Below, in pieces: positions 34,993-45,761 of a stretch of 45,761 nucleotides of DNA. Source of the DNA: Octopus bimaculoides (Eukaryota). Location of the stretch: assembly GCF_001194135.2 (NCBI RefSeq), contig NC_068999.1:25871810-25917570 (forward strand). The letters run 5' to 3'. Position 1 is the stretch's first letter, and every line of letters starts with the position of its first letter. Made by a program: the position numbers and the translations under genes. The notes below the pieces were generated by a model that had not been told where the DNA came from, did not search any database, and saw only the letters and a list, made by a program, of their open reading frames with translations.

Positions 34993-37360
34993 TGCAAAAT
35001 TCCTGATGTGAAATCTTGTGTTCAAACCGATATTGTTGTATTTCGGGATGGTCATTTTTTTTTTTTTGCCAAATAAACACACGCATTATATATTTTTTCT
35101 TCGCTCTTTATTACTGTTCTTATTTTATTATTTTAACTCATGTCCATTGTCCGGGAATCTTTTGTCACACATCTGTGACCTCTTCAGCGACACTTTTCAT
35201 TTTCGTGTGTGTTCTTGCTCCACTTACTCCATTCTGTTCCTCTAAGGTATGTATCCTTATGTGTGTATGCCTTTGTGTGTGTGTGTGAGTGTGCATGTGT
35301 CATAGTTTTTAACAGCAGTGTGGCCTTCCCCTCCGCAGCCCCATCTTCTCACCCCATTGTGTTGCTGCTGTCCTAAGACCTGAAAATATGGTACAGTTCC
35401 TGTATTCCTCTGTGTATGTGTGTTCGCCCACGGTGGTACCATCGTGGTAGTTGTTATTACCATCAATGTCACCACCACTGCTGCTGTCGTTGTTAATCAT
35501 GTTGTGACATTGTGTGGCCATCCATGAAATTTCTTGTGTTTGTGTGTATGTATGGATTCACTTGGTATGTTGTATGTATCCATGCCCTTTATATAGATTT
35601 ATTTATTTATTTTATCTATCTCTATATCTAATATCTATCCCAGGTATGTGACAAATACATCTATCTCTATTTCTCGTAAGTATCACAGGTAAGTGCATAT
35701 GTGTCTATTGTGTGTGTTATCCTGTATTAATTACGGCTTTTTTTTCCTCTCTTCTGTCTTTAGTCATGTGGTGTGGTGTGGTGGTGGGTGTTACTGTTCC
35801 ATTCATGTTTTCTATTGAGGCTCAGTCTGTCTACTGCTATTTGTGTAGCCTCTGTGATCTGTCTAAGTGTTGTGTCAGTTCTATGTGTCAATAATACCTT
35901 AACCTCTATGCTATTAATCAAGCCTCCATGTTCTGCCTGAGCAGGTTAGCAGAGCACTGACAAGCTTTTCCCTTCTTTGAGCTTTTGCCAATGTTCACCT
36001 ATACACTCTCCTATGCTCACCGATGTAGGTAGTTGTCATATTTCTGCACCGTCCCTCAGTACATCATAAGCTATACACAACATTCCTAACCTTACAATTA
36101 ACTCATGGGTTCATCCTCCATACAGGGGTCTTATCAAAGGGATAGGTATTGCAGATCAGGGATTTTAATGGGACACCAGGCCTCTCTACTACTTTAATTC
36201 ATAGATTAGCCTTACTTAATGTTTTTCTAAACAGGTATGCTAGTTCCCCACCAGGGGTAGAGTCGATGAACATGACACTCTTGTATTTTTTGTTGTCATG
36301 CCAAGTGTTGGCCTTAGTTATCTTATTACTGGTCCTTTCTGTGTTGTTCCAGGATTCACTCCTGAACAGCAAACAGATCCCCTTAGCATCACTCTCTATG
36401 ATGGCTTTGTACTTAGTCCTGGCACCTTTGTACACTCTAATCCTGTCCCTTTGGTTGTAGCCAGAGAACTGTATGCAGTGGATGAAGTATTGTACGTGTC
36501 TTTCCAATTCCATAAGGTTGCACATGCGAGACACATTCATTACTCTCACCAAGTCAGCTATAAGAATGTTGAACTTGGCGTTGTCCACAACTGCTGCGTT
36601 CTTGCGAACCAGGTACTTAGAGGCCATGGGTTTGGCATAATGAGAGTGAAGGATCTGGACCTTACCGTTCTTCGTTTCTAGCCAGAATTCAGTATCTAAA
36701 ATGGGTAATCTATAGTTAGGGTGCTTACTAGGATAGTCTATCATTATTTCTATACTATTAGCTATTTGCTGGATGCTCTCCATAGTGTTAACTTCTGTAG
36801 ATCATCAACATTGTCTTGTATGGGTGCTTTGGTTACTATGTTGATATCATCCATGTAGCAAGAGTACATGATTAGGTTTATGGAGTTCTCTGAAAATTTC
36901 TCTTTAAGCCTCCTATCCCACCATACCATAAATATGTTAGCCACATTGCCAGCGATACTGACATTGATAGCTGCACCTTCCTCTTGGGTGTATATCGTAT
37001 TAAACTTAAATATATGACCCTTGAGTATGGTCTTGGTCCTCGCACCCACTGCATGTGCGACCATCTTTTTAACCTGATCTTTATTTTTGGGGTCTGTATA
37101 GCTCTGGTCCACCCATTCTATCTCTCTTTAGGGGTTTTCTAGGCCATAGAAGTTATAGTGGGAGGGGGGATCTATTTTTTATTGATCTAGTGGGGCAGAA
37201 ACAACTAAGGTCATGTTTATGTGACAATGACTATTTAGATAAACAATAGACATGAGTTAAAATAATAAAATAAGAACAGTAATAAACAAGTGAAGAAAAA
37301 ATATATAGTGTGTGTATTTATTTTGCAAAAAAGAAAAAAATGACCATTCCGAAATACAAA
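34993..37360 (-). mobile_element. Penelope-like retroelement (RT + C-terminal GIY-YIG), 5'-truncated, with inverted terminal repeat
   Basis: RT motifs QEEGAAINVSIAGNVANIFMVWWD and YMDD (36762-37112); thumb/linker LPILD, YAKPM, MFIDSTPGGELA (36199-36783); GIY-YIG NVVYSL*C...TYIGE...GEH...EH (~35900-36198). 35036-35185 and 37208-37360 are inverted repeats. Confidence 0.9.
35145..35196 (-). ncRNA. Degenerate type I hammerhead ribozyme in the PLE terminal repeat
   Basis: GTGTCG-CTGAAGA-G-GTCACA-GATG-TGTGAC-AAAA-GAT-TC-CCGGACAA. Core CUGAnGA and a perfect 6-bp stem II are present, GAAA is mutated to AAAA at a CpG, and stem I is imperfect. Confidence 0.65.
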
Positions 37361-37883
37361 AAAAGGGATCTCTGTTATCAATAAATAATCTGTGGAAGCA
37401 CATAACACACACAATTCATCTGCATGCAGCCACTCTATAAACTTATTCAGACAGCTGTGTGAATTTTAGAAGACCTTTGTGAAATAATCTGCAGACTCAA
37501 TGAGGAACATGTCTTCACTCAACTGTAAAATTCCTGTTCTTAGATTCTTTGAAACGAGAAAGAAAATATTCAATGTAATGTAATGCAGGCAGTTCAGGAA
37601 CCTTATTCTTTGGATGCCAATGCTCTTTGAGGGGGCAACTTGATAAATAGATAGATAGATATATGTGGAGAGAGAGAGAGAGAGGGGGTGGGGAGAGATT
37701 ATCCAGAATGGCCCCTAAGTATTTTCCATTTCTTCTATTGTTCATGTACACATGTGAAAGGAAGTGAGATAGAGAGAAAGAGAGTAGTGTACAAACAAAA
37801 GAAAAGAGCATTTGATACGTTTTGTAGAGTTTACATTTATTTGCAATAAATCACTAACTCAGAAGCAGACATCTGAACAACCG

Positions 37884-38001
37884 GAATTTGGCAGAGGTAA
37901 AGAATACACACACCACCCGTTTTCGGCGTAACCCTAACCTTAAAACCTAACCCCTAACCCTAAACACCAGGTGTGCGTATTCTGTACCGTTATCCAGAAT
38001 T
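37884..38001. mobile_element. Small inverted-repeat element enclosing telomere-like (CCCTAA) repeats
   Basis: ggtaaagaatacacacacc / ggtgtgcgtattctgtacc inverted arms surround taaccctaaccttaaaacctaacccctaaccctaa (37929-37963). Confidence 0.65.
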
Positions 38002-38148
38002 TTTTTTATTTCACTTCTACAAAACTTTAAGTAGTGCAATTTTGTGTCAAAATATATACACACACATGCGCACGTGTGAACCAGAAGATCAAATTATTAC
38101 CATTGGTTTTACAATAATATTAGAGTATAATAATAATGATAATACTAC

Positions 38149-38196
<48 letters not shown>

Positions 38197-38769
38197 AACT
38201 AGCTGGATTCGTGAAAACTTCATGGAAAATATAAAAAATGTAAACATCTGTAAATTGTGTGCTGGTGCCATGAGAAATGTTTGTATATTGTGACACAATA
38301 ATATCCAATATTGGCTGAGGACCCAGTATACAGAATATGGTAATTAATTATATTGCAAGAAAATAAAAGTAACATCCAAGATTTGCTGTCTACTCTGAAA
38401 ATACTGATAAATATTTAAAAACACAAAACAAAAGCCACCTTCCTTTCAGTCACCACTCTCTGTCTCACTCCTTCTCTGTTCCTCCTCTCCCTCACTTTAT
38501 TTGCTCACTTCAAGTATACTTCCTCTACTTAATACCTTTTCTTTTTCTTTCTACCTCTCCCTTCAATTGTAGAAAAGTAACAGTGACATCCACAGGTATT
38601 GCTGAGAGAGAGAGAGAGTGTGTGAGAGAAAGAGACAGACAGACAGAATAACTGTCAGACAGACAGATACAACGATAGGCCACTGTTAGGACCGGATTAA
38701 TACCTGTAGTGACTCTGATGACTAAAAAGATTTTCCTGCCCCTATATAGGATCTTTTTTTGTTTTCTTC

Positions 38770-38945
38770 CAACTATTTAAAGGTTTATCTTGCTCCAGTC
38801 CACTCAGCTGGCCAAAATGAGTAGTACCTGTAATTCAAAGGGGCCAGCCTTGTCACATTCTGTGTGAGGCTGAATCTCCCTGAGAAATACATTAATGGTA
38901 TACATGTCTGTGGAGTGCTCAGCCACTTGCATGTTCATTTTATCC
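38770..38945 (+). mobile_element. SINE family C body fragment
   Basis: cttgctccagtccactcagctgg...gggccagccttgtcacattctgtgtg...ggagtgctcagccacttgc resembles an octopus SINE body that I recall. Not verified. Confidence 0.45.
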
Positions 38946-40531
38946 TGGTGTGGTAACGAAAAGTGAAAGTGACATTCAATATTTGCTGTAGTTATCTGTC
39001 TTTGATTTACTAATGTGTCTCTGTATCTACTTTTCTTTTGATGTATGTATCAATCTACTCTGAAAATACTGATAAGCATTTTTTTCTCTTCCTTTCAGTC
39101 ACCACTCACTCTCTCTCTATCACTCTTTCTCTTTCTATCCCACTCCCTCTCTGTCACTCCTCTCTCTTTCTCTCTCTCTCTGTACCTCTCCCTTCAACTT
39201 TTTTACCTCTTCCTTTGAAGTAAGTGTGACACACACCACAGGTATGTACAAAAACAAAAAAAAAATTACCGTATTTTCACTCACATCAATTCATACAACG
39301 GAAGAAATTCTCTCAGTTATGACATTGGTTGCTGTACCTTTGAAGCTTAAAACTTAGTGAAGCCACAGGCGTAAATTGTCCGACATACCTCTGAATATAC
39401 ATTTGTATCCCAGTACATGGGTCAAACAAACACAAGAATCACAATAAGAGACATTGAACACAACACAGATACATGACTAGAGGTGACTAGTAGCAGTAAA
39501 GACAAGTACTCAAAGCTGGGCTAATGAAAGGGGATGTGTGATCAGGAGAAAAATTTAAAAAAAAAAAAAAAAAAGGAAAATTAAAATAATGAAGATCAAT
39601 TGTAACAACTAAAAGAACAAAAAACCCTAGACTCCAGAGCATCACCAGGTAAAACTCTGGGCATGGCAAGTGAAATATCTTTATGCCCAGTATCAGAAAT
39701 CAATAAGCAAATGCTTTGTCCTCTAATAGTTAATAGACAACAAGAAAGGAGCATAAAAATGTCACAGAAAAAGAAGACTCAGCAGAAAACAACAAAAACA
39801 GGTGAAGTGGAACAATTTCTTCCAAATAACAATGAAATTCCTCTTCAGGAAAATATGAAAGAAATTTAAGATAATGAAGATGAACAAAGATTTACCAGTC
39901 TTGGAAAATCACACAAACAGCTACACATCTCTGGTGCCACAAACTTACCAAAAACGTTATAATGATACAAAAACAGTTAGATCCAAAATATAAACAACAT
40001 ACAAAAAATAGATTGTTAGAAAATTTAAGACTAATCATTATAATTAACTTAAAAGAGATTACCCTCTAGATGTTGTCAACACCAAATGTTACAAAAAATT
40101 GCTTAATGATGTATTCAATTACACTCAAACACAATTTGAGAAATGATTAAGTGAAGAGAGCCATGGGTCTCCTAACTGAACCTGACCAGTAATCTTTCAT
40201 ATTTCATTTCCTTTAATTATATCTCATTTTAATTACTTTGTTTTATTCAACTTCTTTATTTTTCTCTGTGTACATATGTGGGTGTATGTACATACATGTG
40301 TATCTGTGTGTGTATCTGTGTGTGTGTGTGTGTGTGTGCATACCTTTAAAATTCTTACTATATCCTTCCCTGTATTGTATAATGAATTTCACCCCTCTCT
40401 TTGCAATTATAAAGGTGTTTTTAAGGTTTCGCATTTTCATTCCTTCCTTAGTAACCCAAAGTGAAAGTTCATTATTTTTTGTATCTTTTCAAGCCTTTGT
40501 GGTTAATAAAGAAAAGATTATCATTATTATT

Positions 40532-40815
40532 AAGGTAGCAAGCTGGCAGAATTGTTAATGTGTTGGACAAAATGCTTAGTGGCACTTCTGGCTCTTTACA
40601 TTCTGAGTTCAGATCCTGACAAAGTCAACTTTGCCTTTCATCCATCTAAAGTTGATAAAATAAAATACTAGTCAAGTACTGGAATAAAAAATGAAATTGA
40701 CTAATCATTTCCTCCTAAAATTACTGGCCTTATACCAAAATTAGAATGAATCGTTATTATAAGCTGGCAGAGTTGTTACTACATCAAACAAAATGCTTAG
40801 CAGCATTTCTTCTGG
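40532..40815 (+). mobile_element. SINE family A plus an adjacent head fragment
   Basis: aaggtagcaagctggcagaa...gtcaactttgcctttcatcc...ggccttataccaaaattagaa, then a second agctggcagag...gcttagcagcatttc head at 40761. Confidence 0.85.
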
Positions 40816-41647
40816 TATTATTTTGTGAGTCTGCCAATTTTCAAAAATACATAAACAAAGAATCAATTTATAAACCAGAAACTAGTAAGAGGCCATAACA
40901 TAGTTTTATTAATATCTGAAACCATTTCACTCAGATCATGTGGTTAATGCTTTAGGAAAAAGCATGGATATTATATTTCCATTTCTTCTCGCTTATAAAT
41001 ACAGAAACTCTGTATTGTATTTTGTAAGCAACAATGTTGTTGATACAGGTTTCCAATGGGCCACATAGTGGCTCAATGTATTTCTGATATTGGGAGTGAT
41101 GAGAAGGTGACTATACAACCCAGACAAGCACTATTTGGGAACAAATACCAATAAGTACTTTTATTTGAAAGCATTGAGTTATTAGTCTTCCATCAATGTT
41201 TATGTCTACACTATCAAAGGATATATGCAGACACGCATATGTGCATGCACGCACACACACACACACATACATATATAGCAAGCTTCCACACAGTTCCACC
41301 ACCACCAAATTCCTCTCACACGGTATTGATCAATGTTACAGAAGACACTTGTCACAACAGGATCATACCAGAAACTGCAAAGTGAATTCCTCACCACACA
41401 ATGTTCATTTTGTCTCAAAAGAAATCAATATGTTACAAATGCCTCGTGTTATATTTATTGAATTGAATTTTATGTTTAAACCACTTAGAATCCCCAAAGC
41501 AAGAAGATTGATACTCAGGTGTTGCTAGAAAAATCTTAATCACCAAACATGTTTCTTGTGAAGCGAAAACAACATTTGCTTTAAAAATAGTTATGCTTTT
41601 ATGTGACTTCTGGAAAAACAAGGAATTACTGAGAAGCTAACCCTCAC

Positions 41648-41753
41648 CTTTGATATGTTGACATTGGCAATCATGAGTTCCCTCAATAAACATATCAAGT
41701 ATAAGATGAAAGACCAGATGGCAAGCTTAGGAATAATTCTTTTAGAAATTTTC
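41648..41753 (-). CDS. Probable start-codon exon of the AIF1-like gene (5' UTR + MIANVNISK; ATG at 41674)
   Basis: Acceptor ttcattttctttgcag and donor aag|gtgagg. ATG plus 9 codons ends in phase 0, compatible with the phase-0 exon at 32791 (MIANVNISK-EDFWK). Confidence 0.45.
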
Positions 41754-42270
41754 CTGCAAAGAAAATGAAGCCCATTATCTGTACCATTACTCTTTGGAGA
41801 CAATATCTCCATGCTGTATGGATATGTGCAAAAAGAATACCTTTAAAATTCATTATATAAAAACATATTGAATGTAATGAAAAAAAAAGGACTATAATAT
41901 AAACACACACACATAAAACCATGTACTAAATAATATTACGAAGTCAACACCCAACTGAGTATACACGAAGGTTTAGCCGTTTTCATTAAATGAGAAACAC
42001 TTTCGAATGATCGTTGACAAATAGAGAATAATATAAAAATTAAAATAAAAAACTTTCACAGGGATTGAGAGAGAATTAATATCAGCCCAAATAGTAAAAT
42101 TGGTTTAAAATGTTTTTGCTCATTGCTATATAATGCTATAGTTAACACTGAACGTCCACATACCTAATACAGTGAGCAAAATTTGTTTAATTAATCCATT
42201 TAGCCTTTGCGGAGTTTGATTAAGGGGAGGCAACTCAATTGATTAGAATTATTCCACTAAGGTGCTAAAC

Positions 42271-42638
42271 TTGATTTCAAATATTGGCACAAGACCAGCA
42301 ATTTCGAGGGAGGGATTTAGTCGATTACATCGATTCCAGTGTTCAAATGGTACTTATTTTATCGACTCTGAAAGAATGAAAGACAAAGTCGATCTCGTCA
42401 GGATTTTAACTCAAAACGTGATGACGCACAAAATATCGCTAAGCATTTTGCCTATCGTGCAAACAGTTCTGTCAGCTTGCCGCCTTAATGAATTGCTACT
42501 ATTAAACATGTGTAAATACCGCCATAATCTACTTTGCCTTTCATGCTTTCGAGATCGATAAAATAAGTACTGGGATCGATATAATCGGCTTAACCCCTTC
42601 CTCGAACTTACTGGCCTTGTTAAAAAAATTTGAAACCA
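42271..42638. mobile_element. Head-to-head pair of CpG-intact SINE family A copies
   Basis: Full minus copy at 42271-42487 and plus 3' half at ~42530-42638. Confidence 0.85.
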
Positions 42639-43592
42639 ACAAGTGTTGTATCCCTGGAAGTGAACTATTATAGGGGATACACTCCATTCTAGATTAAGTT
42701 AAGATGAAGCAGACTTAGACATTTGAAATTTTGAATCACTGTGTAAACTTATCTTTGGCAAGCATGATGTAGTCTTCAGTCATGTTTCAGTCTTATTAGA
42801 TGAACTCGGTAAACCATAGTCTTTTCTTTACTTATCAAACTAATAAGAGAATCAAAATTTGTGTATACTCATAAAGGTCAGTCTACAGCTGATAATTTCC
42901 TCTTCTCCATATGTAATTCCAATTTAAATTGAGATTTCGGAGTTACCTCCCCTATTACATTTAATTAATGAAACTGTTTCCCACTTTTCCTCACTTTTTT
43001 TCTTAACACCGAATTAATTACTATTTTTTTTTCAATCGGTAATTAATTACTTTTGTTTTTTCAATGCTCAGTTTTTTTTAAAAAAACTTGTAATTCTGAA
43101 GGTAAGGACTTATCCAGTTTTCTCATTTTGTTATTGGAAATATATTTATAAAAAAAAACTTTTTTACAACTTCAAGAATGCAATGTTGAATTTTAGATTC
43201 TCATTAAAAGAATTTAGATTTTTAATATCTCAGAACAGTAAAAGAATTAAAAATAAGTTTCCATAACTACTGTTGTATTAACACTTATGTTACTTAGTAT
43301 TTTGAATAATATTAAAAAAAAAAACGGATAATTATTAATAAATCATTGAATCATGGCAGAATAGTAACACAGCAAATTTCGTTGCAATACTACCACACAC
43401 GCACATGCCGATATAGGATAACTATGGGCAACTGTTTAGAAACCTCCAGCTTCTACACCCAAATTATAAATACGCATTTATACCAACAATAATTCGTGCA
43501 TTTAGTTTTGTGCAGTAATGTCCAAGTGACAATCTGGATAAGCTAAGGTTTTCAGAAAAAGAATACGAATTATTACGTTTATGTATTTGTTT

Positions 43593-43897
43593 TGCAACAT
43601 TCCTGTTGTGAAATCGTGTGTTGAAACATTATTATTATATTTGGGGATAGTCGTGTTTAATTTTTCCAATTAACCACACGCACTATATACTTGGTCTTCA
43701 CTTCAGCTTTAATATTCTTATTTTGGTGTTGTTTAATCAAGAGAATGGACGAAACAGAACAGGAGACACGTGGGATGGCGGGTTGTTGAAGAGGTCACAG
43801 GACGTGCGACGAAAGAATTAAATAAGAATAAGAATAAAGCTGTATAGTACGTGTGGTTAATTGGTAAAAAATATGACCATCATCAAATATAACAATA
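43593..43897. mobile_element. ORF-less inverted pair of the PLE terminal repeat, with hammerhead motif at 43780-43820 (+)
   Basis: 43593-43724 aligns to 34993-35133. 43741-43897 is the opposite orientation and contains TTGAAGA-G-GTCACA-GGACG-TGCGAC-GAAA. Confidence 0.7.
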
Positions 43898-45080
43898 GAA
43901 GTTAATTTGTACATTACAAATGCAATCTGGAAGTGGAACAGTAAAAATATGCAAGAGTTTTCTCAAGTTTAAGATGACATTGTTTTTATTTACATTCCAA
44001 CGATGAAGTTTTGTATCTTTGTTAGGAACTTGCTCCTTCCTCAGAGGAAGGATTTAAATAATTAAAAACAGAAGAGAACATACATATGTGTACGTGTGTA
44101 TATTAAATGCCTTCTCTATTATTCTTGAAAAGTTTTTACTCAGTTACTTATTTAATACTATTTACAAAATCATAACATTTTTATGAACTACACTAAAGCC
44201 TGGTGTAGATAGTGATAAAATTCTGTATTCAATGAAGCAACACTAAAATAGTCAATTTTTTAGAGTGGTATTTTATTGAGTAAAGAACAGACTTTCTGGA
44301 GTAAAAACATTGCAGTCCATTTCACGAACAGAAGTGAGACAAAAAAAAAAAAAAGTATAAATCATCTGATAGATCTTTTCGGTTTGGCTGCCAGCATTTC
44401 AAAAATTAAAGTTTACCGAAAATTTTAAAATTTGGCAAAATAATACATTTGCCCAAACTGAATTGCTGGAGTTATTTCATTTTCTTCCAGAAAAATGTTT
44501 TTAAAAAGTTAAAGAGGTTTAAAGTTTGATCATTTTCACCCAGTCAGGAAACAAGATTTGGAAGCTGTCATTCTGTCGTCAATATTTGTAAACAACACGT
44601 GTTCTGTCTCCGGTAATTTTCTTTGATGTAAATAAATCTTATTTAGCTGTTATTTTTAGCACACCTCACAACCACCTCAATGCTCAATGACAAAAAGAAA
44701 CAGACATTTAAGCATTAAATATACATTTAATGCAAATGCGATGGACAACACGTTACATGCGATAAACCCTTTACAATTTAAATTTACTTAAAAACAAACA
44801 TTTAAGCATTCAATATGCACAACACGCTACATGCAATAAACACATTACAATTTTTAACAGAAAAATTTGGAAGAATTAGATGAAAGTTCCTCTGTGATTT
44901 TCTTTCATGTAAATAAATGTTTAGGCATTCAATATTTATGTTAATTTTAAAATTTGCCAGCAAAACCTTATAAAATGACAATGTTCCAAAAGATGTACGT
45001 GTTTATATGTTATATATGAAATTAAGAGTGAACAAAATATGCTTAAAAAACGAACATTTAAGCATGCAATAAGCAACACA

Positions 45081-45470
45081 TTACAAAATATTTTTAGGTT
45101 GAAAACGTAAGTTAGAAATGCATTCAATTAATTTTTCAAACAAATCACAATTTTCATACCTCCTGCGCCACATAAATTTACAGAGATATGAATCTATCAT
45201 AGAACGGTGAGTGCCACAGCGTCGTTTATTACCTTGCTTCACAGAGGCCCACGTACTCTCCACTTTCGGGTTAACAGACCCAATGCTGTGGTTCACCGTT
45301 CTATGCCCAAAATTGTAGCCATCAATTTCAGGAATGTGAGAGTACGCCCTCCACAAACCGTTGAAAATTGTGGTTCCTGGAAGAATCGAGTAGCGTATGC
45401 ATTCTTCCAGTGTGTCACGATTCCGACATGGCAGTGCGCACAGAAAAACCTGTCTGGTCTCGCGACACAC
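45081..45470 (-). mobile_element. Merlin (IS1016/ISXO2-like DDE) transposase C-terminal relic
   Basis: ILPGTTIFNGLWRAY...HRTVNHS...VESTWASVK...G....IDSYLCKFMWRR matches the IS1595/ISXO2 family pattern PGT.I.SD.W.AY...H.TVNHS...IES.W...YL.EF.WR. Catalytic residues are decayed. Confidence 0.85.
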
Positions 45471-45521
45471 TCTTAGGTCAAACTAAAGTGTTTGACAGGA
45501 ACAAAAAAAAAAAAAAGTGCA

Positions 45522-45761
45522 ATAGGTGTATAACAACATGTAGTAAACGAATATGAAAAAAAAAATGCGCGATATTATTTTTTCCCCCACTTTTTTGTGA
45601 CGTGGTGGGTGAGGTACGGACTCAGATAATTCACACGATCCAGTAACTCAGGTCAAACACTGGAGTTTAAAAGTCAAGGTCTGAATTTTCCGAGTCCTAT
45701 CCCCCCGTTCGCCAGCGTGCATTGTTTTTTCATATTCGTTTACTACATGTTGTACACCTAT
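45522..45761. mobile_element. MITE with ~48-bp TIRs at the window edge
   Basis: ataggtgtataacaacatgtagtaaacgaatatgaaaaaaaaaatgcgc mirrored by gcgtgcattgttttttcatattcgtttactacatgttgtacacctat. Confidence 0.8.

Noticed and set aside
36050-36201. In-frame TGA codons in the PLE ORF as selenocysteine (known in some Naiad PLEs)
   Set aside because: At least two fall at Arg-like rather than Cys positions, the ORF also has frameshifts and other stops, and the endonuclease is C-terminal, unlike Naiads. CGA>TGA decay is simpler.
37929-37963. True telomere or chromosome-fusion scar
   Set aside because: Only about five degenerate units in one orientation, enclosed by inverted arms.
39663-40150. Lys/Gln/Glu-rich plus-strand stretch resembling a LINE ORF1 or exon
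   Set aside because: Multiple stops, no recognisable motif and no convincing splice pair.

Overview
AT-rich eukaryotic genomic DNA, dense in microsatellites and decayed transposable elements, with seven N gaps. The repeat families look like those of an octopod cephalopod (inferred from memory, not searched). Most of the window appears to be intron of one minus-strand gene resembling allograft inflammatory factor 1 (AIF1/Iba1). I can place its terminal coding exon (4007-4091), an N-terminal exon (32721-32791) and a probable start-codon exon (41648-41753), but not the EF-hand exons. The introns and flanks hold relics of RTE LINEs, R4/Dong LINEs, Penelope-like elements (PLEs), Tigger/pogo, mariner and Merlin transposases, three tRNA-type SINE families and several MITEs. 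The best leads are (1) a PLE with an inverted terminal repeat containing a decayed hammerhead ribozyme, with a second ORF-less copy of that repeat and an unrelated minimal hammerhead elsewhere; (2) a ~500-bp foldback palindrome with a mirrored minisatellite core; (3) a CpG-decay contrast between intronic and upstream copies of the same SINE, suggesting gene-body methylation; and (4) an R4/Dong element inserted in a SINE's (TAA)n tail. No intact TE ORF, rRNA, tRNA gene or CRISPR array is supported. All alignments were done by eye, so the boundaries of decayed elements are approximate.
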